Position numbers and translations under genes: made by a program
Notes under the pieces: generated by a model
Told to the model about the DNA's origin: nothing
What the model saw: the letters and a program-made list of their open reading frames with translations, nothing else
The model's database searches: none
In this document: piece by piece, positions 35,705-49,400 of the stretch
Layout of the letters: every line of letters starts with the position of its first letter
Numbering within the stretch: the first letter of the stretch is position 1
DNA from: Lama guanicoe
Taxonomy: Eukaryota
Reading direction: 5' to 3'
DNA length: 64,000 bases
Assembly (NCBI GenBank): GCA_013239625.1
Contig: MU055452.1
Coordinates: forward strand, 3,699,394 to 3,763,393

Positions 35705-38700
35705 GTAGGGAGACAAGAATTCTAAGGTGTCCGGAGACTGGAAGCTGGGCTCACTGAAGGTGCACGTTAGTGCCACGTGGGCCATCCACAGTGTTCCGTC
35801 TGTTCCAGCACACCCCATCCTTGCTCCGGGGAACTGCACATCCCCAGCTCCAGACACGTGACCCACGGGTCGGGGGTGACAGTTACAAGACCCTGACCCC
35901 TTGGTGGGGGGATCATCTGACCCAGACCAGTGTCCACCTCTGAGATTTCTCCGTTGGAGGTGGAGAAGGGCCCTGTCCCCAGGGGTTATGCATCAGGAAG
36001 GAGCTGGAAGTTACAGAAGAAGGTGGCTCTACACCCAGCCACCCAGAGAAAGCCTACTTGCCGTGGGAGAGAATGAGCCGAGCAGACACAAGCAAAGCAG
36101 ACAGAGACCGAGCGCTCTGGTTTTGTTTCTCACCCCTAAAAGAACACATAAAAATGAGCTCCGAGTGGCTCAAAAGGATTAGGGAAAATAGGTTGGTTAA
36201 GAGAATCCAAATGTAAGTGGTTCAGTGAGAACACTCAAGGTGGTAGAGATACAAGTATGAGATTTTTTTCCCTACTCATTGTTGCGCTCTGTGATATCTG
36301 CTTTTCTTGATCTTTAATTTATCTTGGCAGACTCCATCACTTTCTGGCCACTTGCAGTGATTAAACACAGCCAGGTGCCAACAAAACACCAATCCTCTAT
36401 CCAATACCATGATTTCTCCTCTGCCGTTGCTGCCTAGACTTGCAGCTCAAAGGACTTGTATGGAAAGAAAACATGGTCTTCTCTTCCCTTAGTCCCCCTC
36501 CCTGGTGCTTCTAGCTGGGCTGCACTGGGGCAGTGGGGGAGCGTTGGAAAGAAGGGGTCAGCTTACATGACTCTCATGTGGTGAGGTGGCCTTGATTTCC
36601 CTCTGGTTCAGTATGGTCTGTCCGCCTTTTCTGTTGTGACCATCTCTGTAGACAGTGTGTGGTGTTCCTGGGGGCAGTGATCAGTTTTGTCCCATTTTTC
36701 TCCCCTGCTGATGACTCTTCAAGGATGGCCAGGTCTCCTGTCAGCCCCACCTGGCAGTTCAATTCCCAATGCCCTTTTGAAAGGGTCATCCCCTGTCTTG
36801 GCGTGGGGATCTCTGGGCAGCCCTGCAGCCCCTGCCTCCCCTCCAGCTGCCATGCTCCTTCTGCTGGGGAGGAGATGCCCCCTTCTTTTTCTTCCTGGGC
36901 ACTCACGACAAATGTCTCTTTGAAGCCTCCTATCTCAAGGTAAGATGAGGATGTTCACGTGTGCCCCTCACCTTCAGGAGACGTTTAAAAATCCACCCCC
37001 CACTCTCCAAAGAGGTGCATGGCCCCTGCCCCTCAGATTCACTATCCAGGGTATGGTACCAGCTGCCCACTGCATGCACACTCGGCTCTCAGCGCTGGAG
37101 AGCTAGCGTCCCAGACGCCCTCGGCCAGTGGTGGGTGGAAGGTGGAGGGCTAAGGCCCCGGCTCTTTGCCCCTCACGTGGGCCAACTCGGAGGTGAGCAC
37201 CATGCTGTTGGCCTGAGGCCTCCAAGGAAACTGGGTCTCTTCAGTCCACAGTGACAACCTGCTTGGTAACAGTCACTATGACTCTCGTCCCTCCCCGTCC
37301 CACTCCCACGCTTCCCTAGCAGTGCTTCCTGGGACAGCTTCCCAAACAGACAATTTCCTTTTGGATCCTCGCCTTGGGTCTACTTTTGGGAAAACCACCT
37401 GAAACAGTGGAACACGGACAAAGGGGGTTGGACTGTGCCAGGAAGGGCTGGGGAGATGGAGAGACTGGAGAAAGAGCTAAAACTGTGGCCAGCCTGCAGC
37501 TCGACTGTGAGACGTGTCTAAACGTGAGGTTTAATAATAGCAAGACCCTGCTGACAACACACGGAGGGGCAGCTTGGAGCCAGCATTTCCTCCTTCCATG
37601 GCCACAGCGTTTAAGACGCTGAATTACACCTTTAGCTTTTCATCATTCTGTTTGCTGCCTTTTCATTCCAGATTTTTCCCTCTCTCTCAGTCCTTGGAAG
37701 ACAAACGATAACCCTGCTATGAAAGCCAAACCTCTCTTGTGTGGAGTGGGCCTTGGGAAATGCCACCGGGGTCACTCCCTGGGCAGAGAGTGCCCACCAC
37801 AGAAATGCCACCAGGTAAGTGCATCATGGCCCCAAAGCAGACATTTGCTGGTGGGTGAGCATGACAGTGGGTGGTCTAGGCAGAGGCAAGGAAGATAGTG
37901 CGGGAGATGGGGAAATTGGTCTGGGGCTATTTGTCCCTTTACAGTTGCACAAAGTCCAACATCACTGTCATTTCAGTGAAGCCTCCTTGGCTGACTGGCC
38001 AATTGTTCTGAGAGATAATTAAACACTCCCCAAAGCAGAGACAATCAATACAAGGGTTGCTTCTGATGGAAATGACAAGAGCAGCAAGTGTTCTGCAATA
38101 TAAGCCAGTTCCCATGGGGGCTGTACATCTTGCAAAGAGAGGGATGCTGGGGTCTGGTGATACAAGTTCCAGTGGCTCCCAGTGTGCTTTGCCTACATAA
38201 GTGACCAGTGGACCTCTTGTCTCATCTGGTAGGCTGAGAGGAAATTGAGCTGCCAGGCCACATGAAGCTCCCACTAGAGATCTGAAGGAAGATGAATGGT
38301 ACTTAAGTAACAAGAAGACCGTGAAATCAAACCATTAAAAAACAATTTCAAGACCAGTCAACTTCCCTCACCTCCTTTCCACCGTGATACAGCCCCCAAA
38401 GTCATCGATGGTTCTTTTGATCTTGCTCAAGTGGGTGCGTTGACTGTCTCACCACTTCCCATCGGGGCAGAGAGATGCTCCTTGCATCGGGGAAATGCTC
38501 CCGGACAGGACGGTAAAGGAGAGACTCCATCTCCTTCCTCCCATTTTCTCCAGTAGTTTTCCAGCCTTGGGGATAAAGCTGAGATTCTTGAGGCTGAAGT
38601 CACCAAGGTTCCCTGGAGGCACACCTAGGAGACAGAGAGTCTCATGAGGTTTAATTTTCTCTGATTTCGAAAAACTTCTTTCATCCCATCTGAGCTCTTT

Positions 38701-41700
38701 GTCACTTTCTACCCCAGAAACTGAGGTCAGAATTGAAGTCCAGAAGGGACGTGTGTGGGGTTTTTGGCCCATGAAGCAAGATGACTTTAAATCTGGCAGG
38801 GGTGGTGATGGTGGTGGTGGGTGTCACCTAGGATGACATAAATTTCTTCTTCTGTCTCAAAGGCCCAACTTTCCAACTTTCCATCTTTTTAGTTTTTAAT
38901 TTTAAAATTAATCAAACAAATTATAAGTGCATTCTCCTTGTGAAAAACTAAATCAAAGCACTTGGGATAAGACTAAAGGCTACCTTGACAAACAGTGCCC
39001 CTCCTTCCCAAAGAGGCAACAGCTGTAGCAGGGAGATGTGTATGTCTTGAGTCCTTTTTCTACTCTTCAACATGCATGTTATGTCCCCACAGAAAATATA
39101 AAGGATGTGTGTTTAGCTTTATTAAAGCCATCCTGTTTTGCACCGTACTCTACAACTTGTTTTTCCATCCGACATGGTCCTGTGGGTTGGTAGGACTCAA
39201 CTCAGAGCCACCTCTTTGGTCACACAGCCAGGAGGCCATGAGGGAGGCTAAATCTCCGCCCACCTCTGCTAGCTTAGCCCAAAGGAAGGGCTGCTTTTCT
39301 ATAACTGGTTTATCCAGAGGTAAACTTTTCCGAATTCATTCAAAGTTATGGTATGTGATGAGGTGGGTCTGGAAGGGTCCTCTATCCTCTGTTTAATTGC
39401 TTAGTAGGATCCCTAGTGTGGATATATTGCGTTTTATGGATCCATCCCCATAGCTGGACATTTAAATTTCTTCTAGTTTCTTGTGATGCTAGGCAATGCT
39501 GCCACGAAACTTTGTACATGTCTCTGTGCACATGTGCAAGTATTTCCCTAGAGAAGTAATTCCTCAATTAAATCAGGCCTGCTTTCACCTCTGCAGCCAC
39601 TTCCTTCCTGCTCTTCAGGCCAGACCTCCCCTATTCATTCAGCAAAGATTTGTGGAGCACCTACAAATTTGTCCCCTGCCCCCTGGTCATCTTTGGAAGG
39701 GGTCAGAGTGGAAGATGCAGGGGATGCTTTTAGGAGCTGCCTGCTCTCGTGGCTTAGCTCACTGCGGCTTAAGAGAGCTGTCTGAGATGATGGAAAGGTT
39801 CTCTCAAATCTGTGCTGTCCCATAGAGTCAAACTGAAGTGCGCTGGGCCACCCGCAACAGAAGGTGTAGCTGGGATCCCTGTGCTAGTGTGTAGCTACTG
39901 TCAGGAGCAATCCAGTGCTGGGAGCTTCACAGCAGACCCTCTAGAACTCAGTCCTCTCCACCCTCTCTTTCCAGCTTCAGTCTCTTCATCTGTAGAGCAC
40001 TGTTTTGAGGATCATAGACATGGTGGGTGCGGGCTTTGGCACAGGGCCTGGCCCACGGCGGTGGCCAGCTGGGGTATTACCTTCCCCTCTGCTGTGGTGT
40101 CTTGGTTCTCAGGATTCCTGCATACTTCAGACAAATAAAAGCTTCCACAGCGAGGAGGCGGGACTCAGAGAGCAGAGCCCGTGCTTCCGGGAGGGACAGG
40201 CCGATGAGGCCACCTCCCCCTTCAGAGGCTTCCAGAGCCTCAGATTCTGAGTCACTCAGGTGGATTGCACAACTTTATGAATGCCACAAATCATATCACT
40301 CCCACTCTGGGGATTTTCAAGGGTGGGAATGTGCCTCTCCCATCACTGACCACATAGGCAGGTGCTGGAACAGAATAGGTGCTCAGTGAATGATTGTGGG
40401 TGGGTCAATCACCCAGAGTCACACAGCTTGAGTGGAAGCCAGGAGTTATGAGTTTTACATACCCTTCTTCCCAGCCTCCACCCCCAGGCCTGCCCCCAAC
40501 TCTGTTCCATGAAAATGCAAGGACTTTGGGGTGGCAAAAGCTGGGGTCTGACTCTCAGCTTTGCTGTCGCCTGGCCCTGTGATCTTGGCAAGCCCTGACT
40601 CTGCCCGGTGTCTTAATGTCCCCATCTGGCCCCGGGTGCCCTCAGGTTCTGGGACCTGAATATGGATGCGCTAGTGTTGCTGGGCAAGTCCTATGGCTGG
40701 CATAGGCGTTAAGGTTGGCGTTTTCCCAGCCGGTCACTTGTCCTCCCCACCCCCCTCCCCACAGAGCAGAGCTTGCAGTTGGCTTCCTGTGCCTCCAACA
40801 ACAGACGGGCGCGTTCTCCTTCCCTTCCCTGACCTCACCCAGCAAGCACTCCAGAGGCGGTCAGAGCAAACAGGACTTGCGCGACCCAGCCAGGAAATCC
40901 AGAACAAAGAAGGGCTTCTTTTATCAGCTGTTTCCTTTTGTCAGAAGATAAATTTTGAGAGTAATAACCTTAAAAAAAAAACTGGAAACAGAAGTGATAT
41001 AAAATCAGTTATATGCGACTTTGATCAATCTGAGTAATTCATTTATTTTTCATTCAACGAGTATGTGATCATTATGTGTCAGGTGTGTGGAGCTGTGGCT
41101 GTTTCATGGTGTACACGACATGGAATTTGACCTAGAAGCGTTCCTGGTTTAGTGGAGGAGAGTAGAAATAAGAACCCAGACAGGATTACAGTATAGTGTG
41201 CCTAGGGGTCATTACCGTGTCTCTACTGCCTGGAATTCAGTGGGCATGTAATTGGTGCTTAGTAGTGATTTGTTGAGTGAATGAATGATGGAATGAGGAC
41301 AGATGTTTGGGAGGCCCATAGGAGGGGGTGCCTAATTCAGAATCGAAGGCTACTTGGAAGAAATGACCGAGAGATGGGAAAACTTGAAGGAGGGGTAGGA
41401 GTTAGTAAGGCCAAAGGGGTCGGGGAGGTAAGGAAAGGTGAGAGTGGACAGGGGTTGAGTTTTGCACACTGAGGGAGCAGCATCTGGTTGAGGGTGAGGG
41501 CCTTGGGTGAGTTCAAGCACATAAAGTCACTAATAACTGACCATTTTTGACTAAGAAAAAAAACAACTCCATATGGTTCAACCTAATACTTAAAACTGTC
41601 ACTCAGCAGTCAGTCACATGGGGCCTTATGAACTATGTAAAGAGACTGAAGTTTCTTCCGAGGGCATGGAGAGGCAACGAGAGATTTTACCTTTTATTTT

Positions 41701-42714
41701 CCCTAGAAACAATTTTTTTTTGGTATGGCTATATACTCAACATATGTTACCACTTTAAAAATTTATATTATAACAATAACAAGAGTGTACAGAAAAAAGA
41801 TATGGATCATCTTGGATCTCACCACCCGGATAACTATGGCCAGTTTGAACTGACTTGTGGTGTGACTCTTCCAGGCTTTTTTCTCAAGTCCTACAGATGA
41901 AGAAGAGAAGGGCCTGAAAGTTGCTATTTAAAAGTTGCCAGTGGCCTCTGTGTCTAACCGAGGAAGCTGCAGGTTACCGTGGAAAAATTCATTTTTGGCT
42001 TTTTGGGGCTTAGTTGATGCATCTCATTATCCTTGTCTTACCTGAGGTTCTAGGGACAAGGTGGACACATCGGCACAAGGTCGAGGAGACTCCTGGAAGG
42101 CCAGGCACTGAGCTCCTACATCTCCTCTTAAAAAAACATAAACCAAAACCCCAAACACTGGAAATTTGAAAAATAGAGAAAAACTCAGAAAAGGAAATGA
42201 TTACCTGTAGTCCTATCTTGCAGAATCCCATTAGTGACATTTTTGGGATATTTGCTCCCAGTCCTTTTTCACTACACATTGTCTTCACATAAACAGTGAT
42301 AAATCAAATTGGATTAATGTTCAGCAAATACTCACTCTTGGGTAGCTGTGTATGTTTACTCACACATACACACACACACACACACATGCCCCACCCCCAA
42401 CCCCCACATACACTCACAGAAAAGAAGTAGTAATGTCCCTCTCCCTTTTGCCATTTTATTGTAGAATTCCAGCTTGCAAATTCCTAAAGGGATTTTGTTA
42501 TCCTGAAATAATCCTTCACAACTGCTTGATGATATGCCCTTAAGTCATTTATATAAGGTCTTTTACTGCCTAAAACTGGTGGGTTGAAGCCACTTTTGGT
42601 ATCTCTTCAGATACGTATTGTTTGTTATGTTTCCTACCTATTTTACCAAGAGTCGGCATAATTGACATGGCAGAGCAATAAATCAAGCCCTGCAAATTTT
42701 TTAATTGGTGACTA

Positions 42715-42955
42715 CTATATATAAAATAAACAGCAAGGTCCTACTGTATAGCACAGAGAACTATGTTCAATACTTTGTAATGGCCTATAATGTAAAAGAA
42801 TATGGAAAGGAATATATATATATACACACACACACATATACACACATATATATACACACATACATGTAATTGAATCACTATGCTATATACCAAAAATTAA
42901 CACAACATCATAAACTGAATATACTTCACTTTAAAAAAATAAAAAAGAAAAGGAA
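42715..42955 (+). mobile_element. L1 3' end with internal (TA)n/(CA)n microsatellite
   Basis: aacagcaaggtcctactgtatagcacagagaactatgttcaatac...gaatcactatgctatataccaaaaattaacacaacat plus A tail. Confidence 0.85.
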
Positions 42956-43869
42956 ATAGGTAAGTGGGCCACAGACACTTCCCCGCCTCTGTGGCTGGCT
43001 TCCAAGGAATGTGGATGGTGGCACAGCTTTCCACACAGAGCCCAGACCCACCGCCCAGAGGGGAGAGTGAGCGCCTGAAACTGGCCAAGTGGATGCGTGT
43101 TCATTAGACAGCTCCTGCAGCCCTCCTGGTCCAGACCACCATAGCCTGCCTCTGCCCTGAGCCCCCTCCCCATAAAGCTTCAGCCCTCAGGCCCTGGTCC
43201 TCCCAACCCAGGCAAATTCTGGACGGGGCTCAGGGTTGGCCATGGAGAAACAAAAATTATGAAGACTTGTGACATTTCATTGATACACTGAATCCATTCT
43301 ATCTTTGCTTCCACACCTTTCCTGGGGACAGACTTCATCTACCAGAAACCATTCCAGTGCAAGATGGAGATGCCTTAGATCTCTGCCCTCTTTCAATACC
43401 TTTCAGTCTTCTGACTTAGTCTCTAAGGGCCTTTAACTCTGCAATTCTAGAGAGGAATTCTCTTCCTAAAGTCATTCTTTTTGCACATGCTCATCCCCCT
43501 CTTAGTGGATGACACCCTCCTACACGCCCCCAGGATTGCAAGCAGAGGTTGCACCTGCAGGGTAGGGCTCCCCTGACCAGCCACCGGGGTCTTGGGTTTC
43601 CTTGCAGCCCCCTCAGCTTCTGTGTTTTCCTTTTTAACTGTCATGGGACTCAGTTCCTTCTGCTGTATCATCTCAAATTCATTTTATTAACCAGGAGAAA
43701 CTGGGGTTTCCCTGTGGTCTGGCCACAGGGAACTCCAGCCTCGATAACGACACCTTCTTTGTTTATTGTTTTTTTCTCTACCACTTTCCATAATGAGCTG
43801 TCCAGGCTCTTGATCAAAGACATTTTCACTCTTCATCTGATACAGTATCAGTCATTCAAAGTGACAATA

Positions 43870-44060
43870 AAATAACAACAATAGCGTACAGTTATTAAGT
43901 GCTTACTACAAACCAGACACTGCTCCACACACTTTACGTATATGATCCCTTTTGACCCCAATTAACTATCCCCATTCTACAGATGAGAAAAATTAAGCAC
44001 AAAAAATTTAAGTAGCTTACCTGAGTGCTCGAGCCAGTGTATGGGCCCAGTCAGCATCCC
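43870..44060 (-). mobile_element. MIR SINE
   Basis: ttattaagtgcttactacaaaccagacactgct...actatccccattctacagatgagaaaaattaagcac. Confidence 0.75.
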
Positions 44061-44567
44061 AGATTAAGAGCCATGCGAATGCGATGTTTTTAGAAATACC
44101 CGCATATCCCGTTGGCCCACTTTCCAAAGCCTGCTTCTGTGGTCTTGGGCAATCAGATATTGTTTGTCCTGAGGACATGGATGATTACATATGTCCTCCT
44201 GAAGGTTCTGCATCAAGGATTCAGATGTCCCTTCCCCAGGCCGAGCAGTACTCTCTGAGATGCATCCCTGATTCCAGCCCCTGCAATTGTGTTCCTTGAT
44301 GCCTTAGCCTAGCCTGCGGGTGATTCCAGGACAGGCTCAGGGCTTGGGCTGGAGGCAGGAATCTGCATGTATCAGCCAGGGGCTGATCTTCTACTTCAAA
44401 GGTCCATCTGAGAGGGAGGCAGAGCCATCAACTTCTAGACACCTGGGGCAGCTATGACGGTCCATGGTCCTGGACATCAGCATCACATTCTTGCTGGCAT
44501 CTCGCCCTCAGTACCTCCCCCCAGGTGCTCCCTCGAGTCAGCTGCCTGGGTTTCCTACAGCCTCCTT

Positions 44568-44663
44568 CTTTTTAAATTGAAGTTTAGTCAGTTACAATGT
44601 GTCAAATTCTGGTGTACAGCATAGAGTCCCAGTCATGCATATATATACACATATATTCATTTT
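44568..44663 (-). mobile_element. Very short (~95 bp) L1 3' end with TSD
   Basis: ttttaaattgaagtttagtcagttacaatgtgtcaaattctggtgtacagcatag, flanked by tttcctacagcct(c/t)ctt on both sides. Confidence 0.8.
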
Positions 44664-45034
44664 TTCCTACAGCCTTCTTGACCCCAGTGATACCAGGTGC
44701 TGGTATCATTGGGCCAGACTGGTGGGATCAGTCTTCCTGAATGGCTCTATCTATAATTTCATGGGCATTTGACTGGTGAAAATGACAATGGTAGAACAAA
44801 TAACCCCATGTGCAGAATGACTCCGGGAAGGTGGGTTGACCTCAGTGACAGAGGTGTGGGTTATAGTCAGAGTGAGGCTTCATTAGAATCTACACTGACT
44901 CCGTACCCTCTTTCAGAGTCCTAGGTTTCCTGGAAACAAGAGAACCTCCTGTAGTAACAATGTTACCAGGGGTCCTCTCTGCTCTTCCTTCCCTCCACCC
45001 AATAACTAGATGAATTAGAAGAAAATGGTGTCCC

Positions 45035-45778
45035 TCCTACACTGCTGGTGGGGATGTAGTTTGGTGCCAGCCATTATGGAAAACAGTATGGAGAGTGCTT
45101 AAAAATTTGAAAATAGAATTACCCTATAATCCAGCAATCCCACTCCTGGGCATATATCTGGAGGAAACTCTAATTGGAAAAGATACATGTACCCCAGTNN
45201 NNNNNNNNNNNNNNNNNNNNNNNNNNNNNNNNNNNNNNNNNNNNNNNNNNNNNNNNNNNNNNNNNNNNNNNNNNNNNNNNNNNNNNNNNNNNNNNNNNNN
45301 NNNNNNNNNNNNNNNNNNNNNNNNNNNNNNNNNNNNNNNNNNNNNNNNNNNNNNNNNNNTGGAGACTGTCATTCTAAGTGAAGTAAGCCAGAAAGAGAAA
45401 GAAAAGTACCATATGGTATCACGCATATGTGGAATTTTTTTTTAAATGACACAAATGAACTTATTTACAAAACAGAAACAGACTTACAGCCATAGAAAAC
45501 AAACTTATGTTACCAGTGGGGGCTGAGGGGTAAATTGGAAGTTCAAGATTTACAGATTTACAAGATTTACAGATACTAAATACTATATATAAAAAAAATA
45601 AAACAAGTTCATACTGTACAGCACAAGGAGCTATATTCAACATCTTGTAGTAACCTTTAATGAAAAGGAATATGAAAAGAAATACATGTATGTACATGTG
45701 TGACTGAAACATTATGCTGTACACCAGAAATTGACACATTATAAACTGATTAACTTTCAATTAAAAAAAAAGGAAAAA
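45035..45778 (+). mobile_element. 5'-truncated L1 (ORF2 C-terminal remnant plus 3' UTR), partly masked
   Basis: The ORF track gives LKNLKIELPYNPAIPLLGIY...ILSEVSQKEK, the L1 ORF2 C-terminus; candidate TSD agaaga(a/g)aatgg(t/c)gtccct at about 45017 and 45778. Confidence 0.9.
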
Positions 45779-46116
45779 GAAGAGAATGGCGTCCCTTCCC
45801 ACCTGCTAGAAGTGATAACCAGAGATCAGGAGGCAGAGGGTGAGATGTGCCCCTGGAAGGCAGAGGACATGCAGATTGGGGAGTTTGGGCCAGTGGTCCA
45901 AGGCCTCCCCAAGGGGTGCTGGAGCTGAGGGGCTCAGAGCTATAGACAGCAGCTGACAGGGTAAAGGAGGAGGCATTCGAATGGCCAGATAACTCAGGAA
46001 AAGTGCCTGGCCTCACTCACGCTTTTTAAAAATCAGGTTGGTGAAGATGAAAACAACTTACAAAACTGAGCATTGGTCTGACTCTCACATACTGTTGGGG
46101 GATGCATAAATTAGCA

Positions 46117-46425
46117 CTGGTCCATAATCCATTACCTGAAACCCTCAGGGACAGAAGTGAGAATGTAGAATTTTCCAGATTTTTGAAAAGCAACGTGACA
46201 TATAAATTGTATGTTATGTAACACTCCCTGTAGGAACGAGGGCAATACACATATTTACGTGTCTGCATGAAATGTACAAACACTCACAATGAGTGGGATA
46301 AATAAAGGCTGCAAACAGCCTCCTGCGCATTCGGCTCAGGGTCTGCCACCAAGTGAGCTTGGTCACTAGACTTGTCAAGGCACTCTCCATTTTCAGACCT
46401 TTGTGGATAAGGGATTATAGACCTC
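46117..46425. mobile_element. Tc1/mariner (Tigger-like) MITE nested in an old L1 (about 46020-46720)
   Basis: Terminal inverted repeats ggtccataatccattacc / ggataagggattatagacc. The host L1 text taaattag...acctttctggagggcaatttg resumes across it. Confidence 0.6.
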
Positions 46426-49400
46426 GCGACCTTTCTGGAGGGCAATTTGACAGTATGTATTAAAAATCTTAAAATACACATACCTTTTCACCCAACAACT
46501 TTACTTCTAGGAATTCGTTCCAAGGACATAATTATGATTATATGCAACAACCTAGTAATAAGGATGTTCACTACGGCATTGCTTTTGTTCAAAAAGGAAG
46601 AGAATTAGAAACCACTTGAATATCTACTAATAAGGGACTGTTTAAGTATGCCATGGACTATGAGGTGGTCCCTTAAAAATAGAGTGTTTGCTTTTTGACT
46701 TGGAAAGATGTGACAAATTTAAGCTATGAAGGCAATCTTACTTGCGTAGCGGAACCCTTAAGAGTACATATGCGCCACCAGGGTTATTCCTAGGTTTTTA
46801 TTATGCATAGTTTTTAAAAAATGTATTGCTAATGTGGGTTTTCTCATTTTCTTTATTCTAAGTTAGAAAAGTAAGACTTCCAACTTGCAAAGAATTCAGA
46901 TGTGTGTAAGCTAAAAAAAGGCTTCTACACCTCTCACCCTCCCTCCCTCCCTCTTGGAGGTAACACATATCCATTGGGTGGATTTCTTTCCAGACCTTTT
47001 CTCTGTTTGTAAAAGCATAAAGACTTTAAAAGTAAATTTTCCATCTATGGAGTTTTTAAGTAATTTTCCCATACCATGAATGTTGTTCTATGTCCGACTC
47101 CATCAATAATCTCATTTCATGCTGCAGGGGTGAACTTTCACTTGCTCAGCCCTTTCCACGTTGCTGCACATTTAAGTAGCTTCTATTTAATTACTATCTC
47201 AAACAACGTTGCAAAGATCATCCTTGAGCAGGTGGCTTTGTGAGCATATGCTTCATTTATGTGGAAGAATTCTTATTATTTTCCTACCATGAACATGTGT
47301 TATTTAGATTACTCAAGTATTATTAAACATATTAAAAGATTCCAGGAGACTGTTTCCAATAACCTAGAGACACTCAGTTGGCCCATTTCTTCCTCAGGAT
47401 AAATGAGCTATTCGCTAGCATTATCTTGTAAATAAATCCCACATATTTCGGGGTCACACATTGTTTTACAGATTATCCTCCTTGAGGAATTTCTGGTCCA
47501 GGGCAGCAGACAGGAGTGTTGGCTACAGTTGCCAAAGTCTTGCGGGGTTGGTAGGGGTGTGGGTTGTCCTTTTTCACAGACAATCTGGTGACCTGGGGGT
47601 CTTTCCTTGGTAGTCAGTGGTCACTGAGCCCTCCTGGGGGCTCATTCAGTTGCTGATCCCAGGGGATAATGGTCTCCTGGAGGGTGGGCGGGCTTTTCAG
47701 AAGCTTGGGTCTGATGGGCTTTCTGGAGATACAAGGGGCTCCTGGACCCCGGGGGGGAACTCCTAGGGTAGTGAGGGCAGGCAGGATGGGTCCTCGTCCT
47801 GGGCCCAAGCTCCAGGCCCGTTAGCCCTTCTCTTCCTCTTGTGCATGCAAAATAGATGCCGCACGTCCTTGATTTTCAGACAACCATTTCCTTTTTACAT
47901 TGTAGTGCACCTGCAGTGGGACGTGGACAGGGAGTGTGGGAGTGATCCTCCCCTGGCTCTTCCTGAAGCCTGTTATTAAATAGAGGCTGCACTGGACAGT
48001 TGGTGGGTCTCAGAGTCAGGGAACAAAGAAGCTCCTGTTTTCCTTGTCTTCACCTCCAGCCCCACCCCACAGGCAGCTCGCGGGCCCGCCAGATCAGGGG
48101 CTGGGAAACCCCACCCCCTGAAGAGGATGAAAGAAAATCTTTCCTGAAATTCAGACTGGACTCAAGTGCAAAATTCGCAGTCATCGTTCCTTTCGCTGGC
48201 TGCTCAGTGCCCATCCCTTCCCATAATGCTGCCAGAGCCCTCCTGTGTAATTAGTGGAAGGATAATTAATACATGAGAGGAGTCTTCCTAAGAGCCAGTG
48301 TGTCCTCTTAAAATGGGATGGGAGGCAGACCTTACAGGCTTCTACATGCCGACCCGAAACGTCCAGTCAGACAATCATATCATCATCCCAAGCCATGTCC
48401 ATTTATATGTTTCTTGGACACAGTGGCCCCGTGGAGGGGAGCAGAAAGGGTGAGGAGGGGTTCTGAGTGACTGAGCTGGGGATTGGAGAGGGTGGGTTTA
48501 GAGAGCTGGGAAAACCATGAATGGAGTCGTGGTTCCAGTAAGAGCATCTTAGGAAGGCAGAGGTCCACTGGATGGTGAGACGGATTGGGTTCGACACAAA
48601 GAAGCCAATGTTAATGAGGTGTTTCCTGTGTGACAGGCCCTGAGATGCTGTTTCATTTAACTCCTCAGATAAATGTCAAGATCTCCCCTTTTACAGGTGG
48701 CAACAGGGTCCCACAGGGCTGACGTGACCAGCTGAAGGCCACAGTTAGGGACTCAAGAGTTTCTCCTGGCTCCCAAGGCTTAAAGGAGAAACATTCTTAC
48801 TGCAACCTTTCTTTGTCCATCCAGCACACCACTGCTGGGATGAACTTTCTAGAATCTTGGTTCAGCTCACTCCCTCCACAAGCCGGCCATTCCCTATCTT
48901 GGCAACCACACTGCCTGTGGGTGGAAACGTGCCCCCAGTGAGGAAGCTGGCCGAGATACTCTCTGAAGTCTCTTCCAGGCCTACCGACCATGGTTTTAAG
49001 GCTGGAAAATATTTATACAGTTCATAAATATTTTACTAATCAATTTTCCAGGCTAATGACTGCCAGTAGGCACAAAGCATCCTTGTCCTCAACCACACTT
49101 GCTCTCCTCCTCCTCTTTGGCTTGTCCTGTGACCATCCTCCACTCAGCTGACTGCTCCTCTCCCCTCTCATCCCGCCCCCACCACTAATCACTAAACACT
49201 ACCAAAGCCTAAAGAGCCTCAAACCCACCCCTACTTTCTATTTGCGCTGTTACAACCCTAGTTCCTCACGTGCTTGGAACTGTTGCCGCTCTGTTTTTCC
49301 TACCCTTACTGTTCCCCTCCACGCCTTCCAACAGCCCGTTCTTCACCTTGCGGCCCAACGGTCTTCCTAGAGTATAAGGCTGACCGTGTCACTCTGCTCT

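Noticed and set aside
3170-43820. Scattered TCF/LEF 7-mers (e.g. 10421, 14881, 18804, 41019, 43813) as evidence of beta-catenin autoregulation
   Set aside because: A 7-mer on both strands is expected about 8 times in 64 kb by chance, so no enrichment is evident.
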